Shown here: in pieces, positions 16,364-35,234 of the stretch
Position numbering within the stretch: position 1 is the first letter of the stretch
Layout: every line of letters starts with the position of its first letter
The notes under the pieces: model-generated
Database searches by the model: none
What the model was told of the DNA's origin: nothing
What the model saw: the letters and a program-made list of their open reading frames with translations, nothing else
DNA from: the human T2T-CHM13v2.0 reference genome, Homo sapiens
NCBI RefSeq assembly: GCF_009914755.1
Contig: NC_060937.1
Reading direction: 5' to 3' (one strand)
Length of the DNA: 64,000 nt
Position numbers and translations under genes: made by a program

Positions 16364-18794
16364 AAGGGTTTTTCGTGTCTCTGTCTCCTTCAGTTCGGCT
16401 CTGATCTTAGTTATTTCTTGTCTTCTGCTAGGTTTTGAATTTGTTTGCTCTTGCTTCTCTAGTTCTTTTAATTGTGATGTTAGGGTGTCGATTTTAGATC
16501 TTTCCTCCTTTCTCCTGTGGGCATTTAGTGCTATAAATTTCCCTTTAAACACTACTTTAGCTGTATCCCAGAGATTCTGGTACATTGTGTCTTTGTTCTC
16601 ATTGGTTTCAAAGAACTTATTTATTTGTGCCTTAATTTTGTTATTTACCCAGTAGTCATTCAGGAGCAGGTTGTTCAGTTTCCATGTAGTTGTGCGGTTT
16701 CGAATGAGTTTCTTAATCCTGAGTTCTAATTTGATTGCATTGTGGTCTGAGAGACTGTTTGTTACGATTTCCATTCTTTTGCATTTGCTGAGGAGTGTTT
16801 TACTTCCAATTAGGTGGTCAATTTTTGAATAAGTTCCATGTGGTGCTGAGAAGAATGTATATTCTGTTGATTTGGGGTGTAGAGTTCTGTAGATGTCTGT
16901 TAGGTCTGCTTGGTCCAGAGTTGAGTTCAAGTCCTGAATATCCTTGTTAATTTTCTGTCTCATTGATCTAATATTGACAGTGGGGTTGTTAAAATCTCCC
17001 ACTATTATTGTATGGGAGTCTAAGTCTCTTTTTAGGTCTCTAAGAACTTGCTTTATGAATCTGTGTGCTCCTGTATTGGGTTCATATATATTTAGGATAG
17101 TTAGCCCTTCTTGTTGCATTGATCCCTTTACTACCAGGCCTGCCTTACAAGAGCTCCTGAAGGAAGCACTAAATATGGAAAGGAAAAACCAGTACCAGCC
17201 ACTGCAAAAACATACCAAATTGTAAAGTCCATCAACACTATGAAGAAACTGCATCAACTAATGGGCAAAATAACCAGCTAGCATTATAATGACAGGATCA
17301 AATTCACACATAACAATATTAACCTTAAATGTAAACGGGCTAAATGCCCCAATTAAAAGACACAGACTGGCAAATTGGATAGAGTGAAGAGCCAACAGTG
17401 TGCTGTATTCAGGAGACCCATCTCACATGCAAAGACACACATAGGCTAAAAATAAAGGGATGGAGGAAGATGCACTGGTTTTTCCTCATCTTTATGGATT
17501 TATCTACCTTTTGTCTTTGATGTTGGTGACCTTCGGATGGGGTTTTTGTGTGGACCTCCTTTTTATTGATGTTGATGCTGATGCTGTTCCTTTCTGTTTG
17601 TTAGTTTTCCTTCTAACAGTCAGGCCCCTCTGCTGTAGGTCTGCTGGAGTTTGCTGGAGGTCCACTCCAGATCCTGTTTGACTGGGTATCACTAGCAGAG
17701 GCTGCAGAACAGCAAAGATTGCTGCCTGTTCCTTCCTCTGAAAGCTTCGTCCCAGAGGGGCACCTGCCAGATGCCAGCTGGAGCTCTCCTGTGTGATGTG
17801 TCTGTCAATCCCTGCGGGGGGGTGTCTCCCAGTCAGGAGGCATTGGGGTAAGGGACCCACTTGAGGAGGCAGTCTGTCCGTTAACAGAGCTGGAGTGCTG
17901 TGCTAGGAGATCTGCTGCTCTCTTCAGAGCCAGCAGGCAGGAACGCTTAAGTCTGCTGAAGCTGCGCCCACAGCTGCCCCTTCCCCCAGGTACTCTGTCC
18001 CAGGGAGATAGGAGTTTTATCTAGAAGCCCCTGAGTGGGGCTGCTGCCTTTCTTTCAGAGATGCCTTGCCTAGAGAGGAGGAATCTAGAGAGACAGTCTG
18101 GCGACAGCGGCTTTACCAAGCTGCCATGGCTTTGTTTATTCTCTGAGGGGAAAACCACCTACTCAAGCCTCAATAATGGTGGATGACCCTCCCTGCCAGG
18201 TTGACTTCAGACTGCTGTGCTGGCAGTGAGAATTTCAAGCCAGTGGATCTTAGCTTGCTGGGCTCCGTGGGGCTGGGATCCGCTGAGCAAGACCACTTGG
18301 CTCCTTGGCTTCAGCCCCGTTTCCAGGGGAGTGAATGGTTCTGTTTCGCTGGTGTTCCAGGCACCACTGGGGTATGAAAAAAAACTCCTGCAGCTAGCTT
18401 GGTGTCTGCCCAAACAGCCGCCCAGTTTTGTGCTTGAAACCCAGGGCCCTGGTGGTGTAGGCTTCCAAGGGAATCTTCTGGTCTGCGGGGTTGTGAAGAC
18501 CGTGGGAAACGCTTAGTATCTGGGCTGAATAGCACTGCCCCTCCCTCATGGCACAGTCCTTCACGGCTTCCCTTGGCTAGGGGAGGGAGTTCCCTGACCC
18601 CTTGTGCTGCCCGGGTGAGGCAATGCCCCACCATGCTTTAGCTTGCCCTTTGTGGGCTGCACCCACTGTCTAACCAGTCCCAGTGAGATGAGCCGGGTAC
18701 CTCAGTTGGAAATGCAGAAATCACCCACCTTCTGTGCTGATCTCGCGGGGAGCTACAGACCGGAGCTGTTCCTGTTTGGCCATCTTGCCAGCCA
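16364..18794 (-). mobile_element. Rearranged L1PA7/8-like element: 5'UTR + ORF1 start (18794-17471), inverted ORF1-end/ORF2-start (17130-17471, +), ORF2 endonuclease part (17129-16364)
   Basis: 5' end ggctggcaagatggcc (YY1 site 18778-18787). ORF1 C-terminus ...[16 protein letters not shown]... and ORF2 MTGSNSHITILTLNVNGLN are on +. IIVGDFN, YSKIDH and SDHNAIKLE endonuclease motifs are on -. Confidence 0.93.
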
Positions 18795-18799
18795 CTTGA

Positions 18800-20920
<2,121 letters not shown>

Positions 20921-21055
20921 GAGTAAATTTAACAAAAGAAGTATAAAACTTGTATTGTGAAACAAACCATTGAAAAAAGAAATTAAGGAAAATCCAAATA
21001 AATGGAAAGTTTCTAATATTTGTGAATTGAAAAACTTAAGATGGCACTGCTTGCC

Positions 21056-21418
21056 TGTATTAGTCTGTTCTCACGCTGCTAATGAAGACATATCCAAGAC
21101 TGGGTAGTTTATAAATGAAACAGCTTTAATGAACTCACAGTTCCATATGGCTGGGGAGGCCTCATAATCATGGCAGAAGATGAAGGAAGAGCAGAGGGAC
21201 ATCTTACATGCAGCAGGCAGGAGAGCGCTCTTGCAGGGGAACTCCCCTTTATAAAACCATCAGACCTCCTGAGACTTATTCACTATCACAGGAACCACAC
21301 GGGGAAGACCCACCCCCGTGATTCAATTTCCTCCCACTGGGTCCTTCCCACACATGTGGGAATTATGGGAGCTACAATTCAAGATGCAATTTGGGTGGGG
21401 ACACACCCAAATCATGTA
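21056..21418 (-). mobile_element. THE1C/D-like solo LTR
   Basis: tgtattagtctgttctcacgctgct...gggtggggacaca. Confidence 0.9.
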
Positions 21419-21526
21419 ATTCCCAAATTAGTCTAAAGATGCAACACAATTCCTGCCGAAGTCCAAGCTGTATTTTTATCAGAAATTGACAAGCTGATCC
21501 TAAAATTTGGAAAATATGGAAACTTA

Positions 21527-21953
<427 letters not shown>

Positions 21954-22625
21954 TTACTACAAACAGCCTTGTAATCAAATACAGTGTAGTACTTGCAAAA
22001 TGATTGTCATATAAATCAACAGAATAGAATTGAGAATCCAGAAATAAGCCCAAAAATATATGGTCAATTGATCTTTGACAAAGGTGCCAAAATAATTCAA
22101 TGGTAAAAAGAATAATCTCTTCAACAAATGGTGTCGAAACACCTGGGTTCACATGTAAAGGAATGAAGTAGAAACCCTACCTCATATTGATTAGTATACA
22201 AAAATTAATCCAAAATGGATTGAAGACCTAAATATAAGAGGCAAAACATCTTTAAAAATAGATGAATTGTTCAACATCAAGATTAAAATGTTTGCTTCAA
22301 AGGACACTAACAGGAAATTGAAGACAAACCAGAGAATGGGAAAAAATATTTGCAAATGAAATTTTCAGTAAAGCACTTGTGTTTAAAATACATAAAGAAC
22401 ACTTACAACTTAACAATAAAAAACAGCCCACTCTAAAAATAGGCAAAAGATCTGAATAGACGTTTCTCCAAAGAATATATGCAATTGCCGGTAAGCACAT
22501 ATAGAGATGTTCTGCATCATAAGGCATGGAGGGATCCAGATGCAAATCAAAACCACAGTGAGATTGTCCTTTGTACCCACTACATAGCTCTACTTTAAAA
22601 AGTCAGGTAATAACAAGTGTTGGTA

Positions 22626-22968
<343 letters not shown>

Positions 22969-23159
22969 CTATTGGTGGGAACGTAAAAGGGTGCAGCTGC
23001 TTTGGAAAACAGGATGGCATTTCCTCAAATGGTTAAATATCTGGGTTATTCAGAACCTTGGCTCTGTTGTATCAGGAGTATTTAATCTTGAATATTTATA
23101 TAAGTATTTATGTATTTCTTTATTACTATGGTGAATATATCTTACCTTTCAAATAATAT

Positions 23160-24092
23160 TGAAGCAAGTTATTTCCCTGACCCCTTTGCGGGACCGCTTT
23201 GCCACGGGGTGCCTCCTTTAATCAGCCTATAGCTCTCAACTCCTTGTGGGAGGGAGCACACGAGCGAAGGAGGCGGGAACTGTAGTGCAGGAGCACTGGA
23301 ACTGACCAGCCGTTTTGGCGCCAGTGGGATCAAACTCCACTCATTTGCACCTGTTGCCTTCCACACCTCGTAGGAGGGAGTGCACAGGTGAGTGGGTGCA
23401 GGAACCAGAGCAAGTGCTTTTGGGCGCCAGCAGGAGCGAACTCTGTGCAGGCCCCATGGCAGCATCCAGGAGGGGTGCCTGTGACTCCCAAAGCCCCAGA
23501 GGGCATGTTACAGTGCTCTTTTAGCTCTGCTCTCCACAGGCGGCTTAAGTGTTAACAGCTCAGTTGGCCTGCTGCTGCCCTCCACCAGCGAGGGCAAAGG
23601 GCCAGCGTAACAACCTTTTGTATCCACACACATGGCTCCTGAACTCTTGTCTGGTGTCCAGGAAAAATGAGGTCACACGAACTAATTGAAGGATGGTAAA
23701 TGCAGGAATGATTTTATTGCCGATGAAAGTGGCTCTCAGTGGGAAGAGAGGGGAGCTGAAAAGGGGACAGAGGAGGGGTAGGTGATCTTCCCCTGAAGTC
23801 CGGCTGGATTTTCTCCGGTTACTCCATCAAGCTGTCCCTCTGAAGTCAAGTCCCTTCTCTCCAACATTCAGCTGCTTCTCCTCTCTGCTGATTGAGTCTG
23901 GGGTCTTTATAGGCACAGGATGAGGTGGGGTGGGGCCATGGGTAGTTTAGGAAAAGGCAACATTTGAGCTGGAAAACAGGGAGAGAAGTTCTCACTTTGG
24001 GCCACGGTCTCAGGCTTTTCAGCTTGAGGGTGGAACTTCACCAGGGACCCACACCTGTCTGCCTAGAATTTCTCTGCCTCCTGTCTCTATCA
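23160..24092 (-). mobile_element. ERV1 solo LTR of the LTR1/LTR27/LTR28/MER52 group
   Basis: The - strand begins TGATAGAGACAGGAGGCAGAGAAATTCTAGGCAGACAGG; GC-rich; about 930 bp. Exact family uncertain. Confidence 0.8.
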
Positions 24093-24626
24093 TTGTATCA
24101 ATATCAAACAATAGTTGTTGGCCTACATGTCAGTAATTTAAAGATGAATTAAATGGTTATATATGATAACATTTATCAGAGACCTTTAGAAACATTCATA
24201 TTCTTTGGTCTACTATTTTTACTTCTAGAACATATTCCAAGCAAGCAATGAAAAATCGCTAATTCAACATATAATATTTTGTCAGGGAAAAAATAAATTA
24301 AAGGCAGTTGGGCTTGGAGATATCCATGTAAACAATCTGTACTTATAAGGGAAGGCAGAGTTGGAAGTAATTAAAATAATGTAATAAATGCATTAATAGA
24401 GGTGTCATCAACCAGTTAAATCTATGAGAAAGAAAGAAAGGCACTCAACTGCTTGGGGGAAGGGAAGGATCTGGGGGAAGATGAAAGAAGTTCCTCTTGG
24501 GGGAGATGACTGATGAGTCACAGCTTAGAACATATTTTTTAGTATATATAAGCCAGAACTTGCCTCAAAATTATTGTATAAATAAATGAGGAAAAACATT
24601 AGAATGTGGTAGCATGGGGGAGAGCA

Positions 24627-24813
24627 CCTCAGTCCCCCAAGTAGCTGAGACTACAGGGGCATGCTACCATGTCTGGCTAATTTTTATATTTTTTGTAGTG
24701 ACAGGGTTTTCGCCATGTTGCCTAGGCTGGTCTTGAACTCCTGGGTTCAAGCCATCTGCCCACCTTGGCCTCTCAAAGTGCTGGGATTACAGGCATGAGC
24801 CACCGTGCCCAGC
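24627..24813 (-). mobile_element. Partial AluJ
   Basis: Left arm plus part of right arm. Confidence 0.88.
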
Positions 24814-24869
24814 CTGTGATTTCAAGTTTTATCCAAGCAATATTTTTTGAGAGCAATATAAGATTTGAG

Positions 24870-25149
24870 ACTGGGTGCGTGGCTCACGCCTGTAATCCCA
24901 GCACATTGAGAGGCTAAGGCGGGAGGATCACTTGAGCCCAGGAGGTCTAGACCAGCCCTGGCAACAAAAAAAATTTTATATGATTAGCCGGTCATGGTGA
25001 TACACGCCTGTAGCCTCAGCTACTCAGGAGGCCCAAGGGGGAAGATGCTTTGAGCCTGGGAGATTGAGGCTGCAGTGAGCCATGATTGCACCACTGCACT
25101 CTAGCCTGGGTGAGAGTGAAATCCTGGACCCCGTGTCGAAAAAAAAAAA
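24870..25149 (+). mobile_element. AluJ
   Basis: TSD aagatttgaga. Confidence 0.92.
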
Positions 25150-25550
25150 TAAAGATTTGAGATAGGTAAGCTTTTGTGTACAAGAGAGTTTGTGCTACAT
25201 TTTGTTTTCTTTATAATGTTTGTTTTGGTTGATGCAAAATTGTTTCATCTTAGATGCTTGAGGTGGAAGGAGGGAATTGTTTTGTAGTATTCATATCATT
25301 GAAATTACCACCCTATATTTTTCTCCTCAAAGAAAGAATATGGTGATGAACTAAGAATAGAAAATAATAACTACATATGGATGCATAATAAGAAATAATT
25401 ATATACGCATTGTTTGACGTTTTCCTTCTCTGCTATAACTCACCCTTTTTCCTTTGTTCTACCACCATATGTTTTGTTCTGGATTTCTTGACTAAGAAAA
25501 CATTCCACCATAGTTTATTTTAATATTTAAAGAGCACTTTGAAAGTTTGA

Positions 25551-25846
25551 TTTTTTTTTTTTTTTTGAGACAGAGCTCACTCTGTTGCCCAGGCAGGAGT
25601 GCAGAGGCACAATCTTGGCTCACTGCAACTTCCACCTCCCAAGTTCAAGTTATTCTCATGGCTCAGCTTCCCGAGTAGCTGGGATTACAGGCACGTGCCA
25701 CCACGCCTGGTTAATTTTTGTAGTTTAAGTAGAGACGGGGTTTCACCCTGTTGGCCAGGCTGATCTCGAACTCCTCACCTCAGGTGATCTGCCCGCTTCA
25801 GCCTCCCAAAGTTTTGGGATTACAGGCGTGAACCACTGTGCCTGGC
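25551..25846 (-). mobile_element. AluS
   Basis: Full antisense dimer. Confidence 0.94.
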
Positions 25847-27141
25847 CAAAAATTCAATTTTAAGTAAATCTGTTTAAATGTTTTTGTGTAACGTTTTCAT
25901 AAAAATGAAAAATTCGATGAACTTAGAATATGCCAAGAATCTTCTGCACAAAATAATAACTTTGTGTTCTCAAATAGTAATATAAAGAATCTGTAATGTA
26001 TCTTCATTAAGAATTTATACATGCATTTTACATCATAATCTCTTTTATTCTATGAATAGAGCATAATACTAAATTATGAAGTTACTGGAATTTTTATAGG
26101 AACATGATAAGAATCATGTGGTTCTTTTAAAGAGTTAATTTTGGAACATCTTTTGTTCAAAAAATAGAACATTATTATATGTATTCTTTTGCCTCTATTG
26201 TCAGTTTTTAGGATAGGCTTTTAATCTTGAACATGAAAAGGACATCAGTAAACAAGGTGAGTTAACTATTACATTTATGCCTATTATAGGCTTTTAGTTT
26301 AAAAATTACCTATGGCTTAAATACAGAGAAGGCAGACAGAAAAAGAACCTTTTTTTCCCTGAGCATTTTAAAGAGAATACTACAGTACCATTAGGGGTTT
26401 ATAATAAAGGACTATAATTCTATTTAGAAAACTGACTTACAGTACATGACAAATGATAGAAAATTGAGGTAAGTTTTTTGAAGTCATATTTTATATTTAT
26501 TTTTTATTTTTCATTAATTTGTCTTTTGCCAGAATTAAATGTTATGATCATTAAACTACTTCTCTTCTTAGGTAATTTTTTCACTTAGTCTTTCTACCCC
26601 TCTACCTTTAAAAAGTATACTGAACAAAGCAGCAAAAGATATTCTCTTTGAGGAAAATACCTTATTTTCTGTGAATAGTTTTTTAAAATTAAAACATAAT
26701 GCATAAACATAGAAATTCTTTTACATTGGCAAGAACTTTTTCCTTGATAAAATTATTTTTCCATTTGAAAAATTATTAGGATAATAAGTCAAGATAATGC
26801 TTAAAAATGTAAAAATTTTCTGCAAAGAATGTAAAACTGTCGTAAGTGAAGCCAACAGGTAAGCCAAAAAACCAGAGAGAAAATTTGCAGTTCATTTTAG
26901 TCACAAAATAAGGGATGCCCTTCATATATGCAGAACTCTTACAAATCAATATGAAAATGAACAAAAGCCCTGGTAAAAAAATATTCAGAGACAGTTTACA
27001 GCAAAGGACATGTGGCTCCTGCACATATGATAAAAAGTGCTAAAAGCCACACACACATTCAAGTGAAAATCATGATGAGATACGATTTTCCATGCACATT
27101 TTGGCAAAAATGAAAAATGTGTTAATTCCGTTTTGTTTTGA

Positions 27142-27433
27142 TTTTATTTATTTATTTTTTTTGAGACCAGGTCTTGCTCTGTTGCCCAGGCCGGAGTGCA
27201 GTGGCATGATCACGGCTGACTGCAACGTCGGCCTCCTAGGCTCCAGTGATCCTCCCACCTCAGGCTCCTGAATAGCTGAATAGTCAGCATGCCCAGCTCC
27301 TTTTTGTATTTTTTATAGAGACAGGGTTTCACCATGTTGCCCAGGCTGGTCTCGAACTCCTGGGCTGAAACAATCCACCTGCCTTGGCCTTCCAAAGTGC
27401 TGCAATTATAGGCATGAGCCACTGCACCTGGCC
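27142..27433 (-). mobile_element. AluJ
   Basis: Antisense dimer with an internal deletion. Confidence 0.9.
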
Positions 27434-27615
27434 TCTTCCTAAGATTGTAGAAACGTAAGCTCTCAAACGCTGGTGGGAGTATAAATGGATATAACAACCT
27501 CCATGGAGAGCAATTTGACAAAATGAATTTATACTGTGTGTTATGTCCACCTGTAGGAGATGTGCAAGAATAGTCATGTTAGTATTATTTCTTAGAGCAG
27601 AAGACTGGAAAGAAC

Positions 27616-29072
<1,457 letters not shown>

Positions 29073-29708
29073 TCCTTATCCCAAGCTAAAGAATATCCTT
29101 TCAAGGCAAATTCATCCAAATCAGCTTGACATCTGATGGGAGGGGGTTGGATAAACAAGGTTGTAGAGAAATCAAGTCTGAAGAGTAACCTTGCACAGCT
29201 TGATCTGTTTACTTTTTAAATGCAGGTTTGTTCAGTGGGTATCGCACTCTACTTTTGAAACATAGGACTAAATTTTCACAAAAATGTGAAGATCCTGCCC
29301 GTGTACTCTGGAAAATTGCTTGTTTAATTGGGTGCACAGCTGCACCTGTACCCTCTTGAATGACTCAGTCATGGTGTGCTCAAGGGCCAAGTAACTTGTT
29401 ATGGTGCTAAGTGAAGAACAAAAATATATAAAATTCAGTTACTTTGGCAATGAAAAACACTGAATGGTATTGGTTGTTATATTACAGTTGGCAAATACTG
29501 TAATTAAGACTTCAAGTGATTTTTAGTATTAGCCCTGGATTCACTTTCTGAAGAATTTTATTTAGAATAAAACTTTCAGCGTTGATACCAGATAGTCACC
29601 TTTAGTTCAGTTCAGTTTCATAAATCTTTATAAAATATTTATAGTAGTCAAGGAGCCTATTACGGGTGCTAGTCAGGTTTCTGCAACAACAAAAAGTAAA
29701 TTAAAGTT

Positions 29709-30330
<622 letters not shown>

Positions 30331-30829
30331 AATTAAAAAGTTTTAAAATTCACTTTGGTATGATATTTTGACCCCTCAAAGTTGTTTATAAATAGAATGA
30401 ACAGTGGAGCCATCTGTTAAAATGCCTTGGCTGAGTGACTCAGCTAGTAGATGAATTTTGACATATTTATAGCACCATGCATTGATCATTTTAGTTGTAA
30501 TATAACAGCTGTTTATTGAGTACCTTTTATGACATAGGTCCTGGAGAACCAGTGGTAATCAAAAGAGATGATACATCTGACTTCTCACAGTGTCATCTGT
30601 TGAGGGGGACAAGGATGAAAGCTGTGTCAGTGAAGGAGGAAAATTGAGTGGTAACAGGGAGGGCAGGTGCTGTGGTGAGCATGTATGTAGCGGAGGCCCC
30701 GAACTGAACACGGAGGTGGTTAGGGGAGGCTTAGGAAGGAAATACTGGCCAGGCTGAGACCTACACAGGAGGTTTGGGGGAGGGTAGGGGAAGGAGTCAG
30801 AGTTTGAAGGCCTACATAAAAAGTAGATA

Positions 30830-31160
30830 CAGCTATAAAGAACGAGATCATGTCCTTTTTAGGGACATGGATGGAGCTGGAAGTCATTATCCTTAGGAAA
30901 CTAATGCAGGAACAGAAAACCAAATGCCGCATGTTCACATTTATAAGTGGGAGCTAAATAACAAGAACACATGGACACAAGGGAACAACACACTGGCGCC
31001 TACCAAAGGGTGGAGGGAGAAGATCAGGAAAAATAATGGATACTAGGCTTAATACCTAGGTGATGAAATAATCTGTACAAGAAACCCTCATGACACAAGT
31101 GTACCTATGTAACAAACCTGCACATGTATCCCTGAATGTAAAATAGAAGTTAAAGAAAAG
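30830..31160 (+). mobile_element. L1PA (older, PA13-16-like) 3' end
   Basis: gagatcatgtcc...acatggatggagctgga...gtaacaaacctgcacatg. Confidence 0.88.
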
Positions 31161-31199
31161 AAAAACACACACACACCAAAAAAAAGCAGAAAGAGAACT

Positions 31200-33190
<1,991 letters not shown>

Positions 33191-33722
33191 TGACATTATT
33201 CATTATCTAGCCAGCTTTTATAGGAGCAGTTTATAAAGTATGTTCTAGGGAATACTATTGATCAACACGTTTTTCAAAAGTCTAAATTGTGTTCAAATTG
33301 GTGTCTTGTGAGAATTAATAGAATACATATTTAGATCACTTTCATAAATAAATACATTAACATCATATTTTCAGTAAGCTCATATTTGATATCTAATCAA
33401 ATTCTTTTAGTCATGAATTTGAATGAGAGGTTTTTTGGGTTATTGTTACTGTTTGTTTTGTCTTCTGTGTTTTTATATTTGGAAGCAGAATTAGCTTTTG
33501 GTCTCTTAAGTGACCCCTTAGTCACTTAAGATGGTGTTCATTTCCATCATTGTGCTTATCATGCACTTGAGTTCTCGTGTTTATTTCTTTGTCCACTTGT
33601 TTAATTTCAGCCTCTTCACACTAAAATAGGAGCTTTGTAAAGGCAAGGACCTAGTCTTGTTCACTGTCACACTTCTTGTACTTCTCAGGAAATATTCATT
33701 GGGGGCAGGGTAGAGGAGTTGG

Positions 33723-33772
33723 GGAAGGAAGGAAGGAAGGAAGAGAGAGAACAGTGAAGCGGGAAGGAAGGA
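33723..33772 (+). repeat. (GGAA)n-rich tract
   Basis: Direct reading. Confidence 0.8.
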
Positions 33773-34339
33773 GTTCCAAAAACTGCTTCCCTAGTGGTCA
33801 TGGAAACTCTTTAATAAATTAGAATGTTGTCTCCAAAAAATACAGGCAGATATGCGTTGACAATTGCCTTTCATACACCTTAACAAACTAGTTACATAAT
33901 GGGATATCAAAATTCAGTCAATGTGTTTGCTAGTTTAATTTGTTGTGATTAAAGAAAACAATGATTTTATTTATAAATTTAGCACCTAGGAAATGTGATT
34001 TCAAATATCAAAGCATAGGCATTTTTTACTCTTTTTAAAATTGAAGGGTCAACAAAATCTGCCTTATTCTTCACAGTTTTTTCTCTGTCAGTAATGTAGC
34101 AGTGTGTTAATTTCCAGAAATTTAATCTCTTCTATAAAATTTCCTGTGACCTGAAAACTTTTGAATTGGAGTTAATTTACCAAACTGTCATGGAATGCCT
34201 GAAATTTCCTTGGGGCAGAGGAGGTAGCAGAGAGGTGGTAAGTTACCATGTTTCCATTGTGTGAATAACTGATAAGTGGGATTCCAAACAGAATCCATGT
34301 AGCGTTTTAATGAATTCACATTTGGAGAAAAAAGTCACA

Positions 34340-34520
34340 GACTTTCAAAACTTACAGGAATTTGGCTGTCCTAGGGCAACTCCTCACTTAACAGCAAGAG
34401 GGGATGAGAAGGTTGAGTGACTCACCCAGGGAAGTGACTCACCCAGGGAAGGTCAAGTGACTCACCCAAGGTTACTTGGTAAGTAAAGAGAGAAGCCAGA
34501 AGCCTGGGGCCTCCTGACGG
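34340..34520 (-). mobile_element. MIR with internal tandem triplication
   Basis: aagtgactcacccaaggttac...gtaagt...gccaga resembles the MIR core. Confidence 0.7.
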
Positions 34521-34820
34521 CTCCTGCTTCTCTTTTTACTAAGGTCTTCTGCCATGGGAAGAAACTCTGAATGTTAGCAACCATCTGGATGGTGTTAGTT
34601 GTATGTCTCTCTATGTATGTTGAAAAGAAAATGTTGAAGAATTGAATTTCTCCTGCTTATGGGTTGTGTCACATTTAATAGCGTTCTTTAAGAAAAAAAC
34701 ACGATTGCTCAATATGATTATATGAGCTCACCATAACCAATGACAGGCAGAAAATCCTGGGAGGATAGACACTAACACCACATTATCCTGTTGGGATAAT
34801 ATCCCAAATTCTGAATATAA

Positions 34821-35234
<414 letters not shown>

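Noticed and set aside
16280-17257. 325-aa ORF on the - strand
   Set aside because: Chimera of antisense L1 ORF1, L1 ORF2 endonuclease and flank created by the inversion; lacks the ORF2 N-terminus and RT; not a gene.
30430-30444. Palindrome gctgagtgactcagc with an ARE/AP-1 core, and other single TGACTCA sites
   Set aside because: A 7-mer is expected several times by chance in 64 kb; isolated sites carry no weight.
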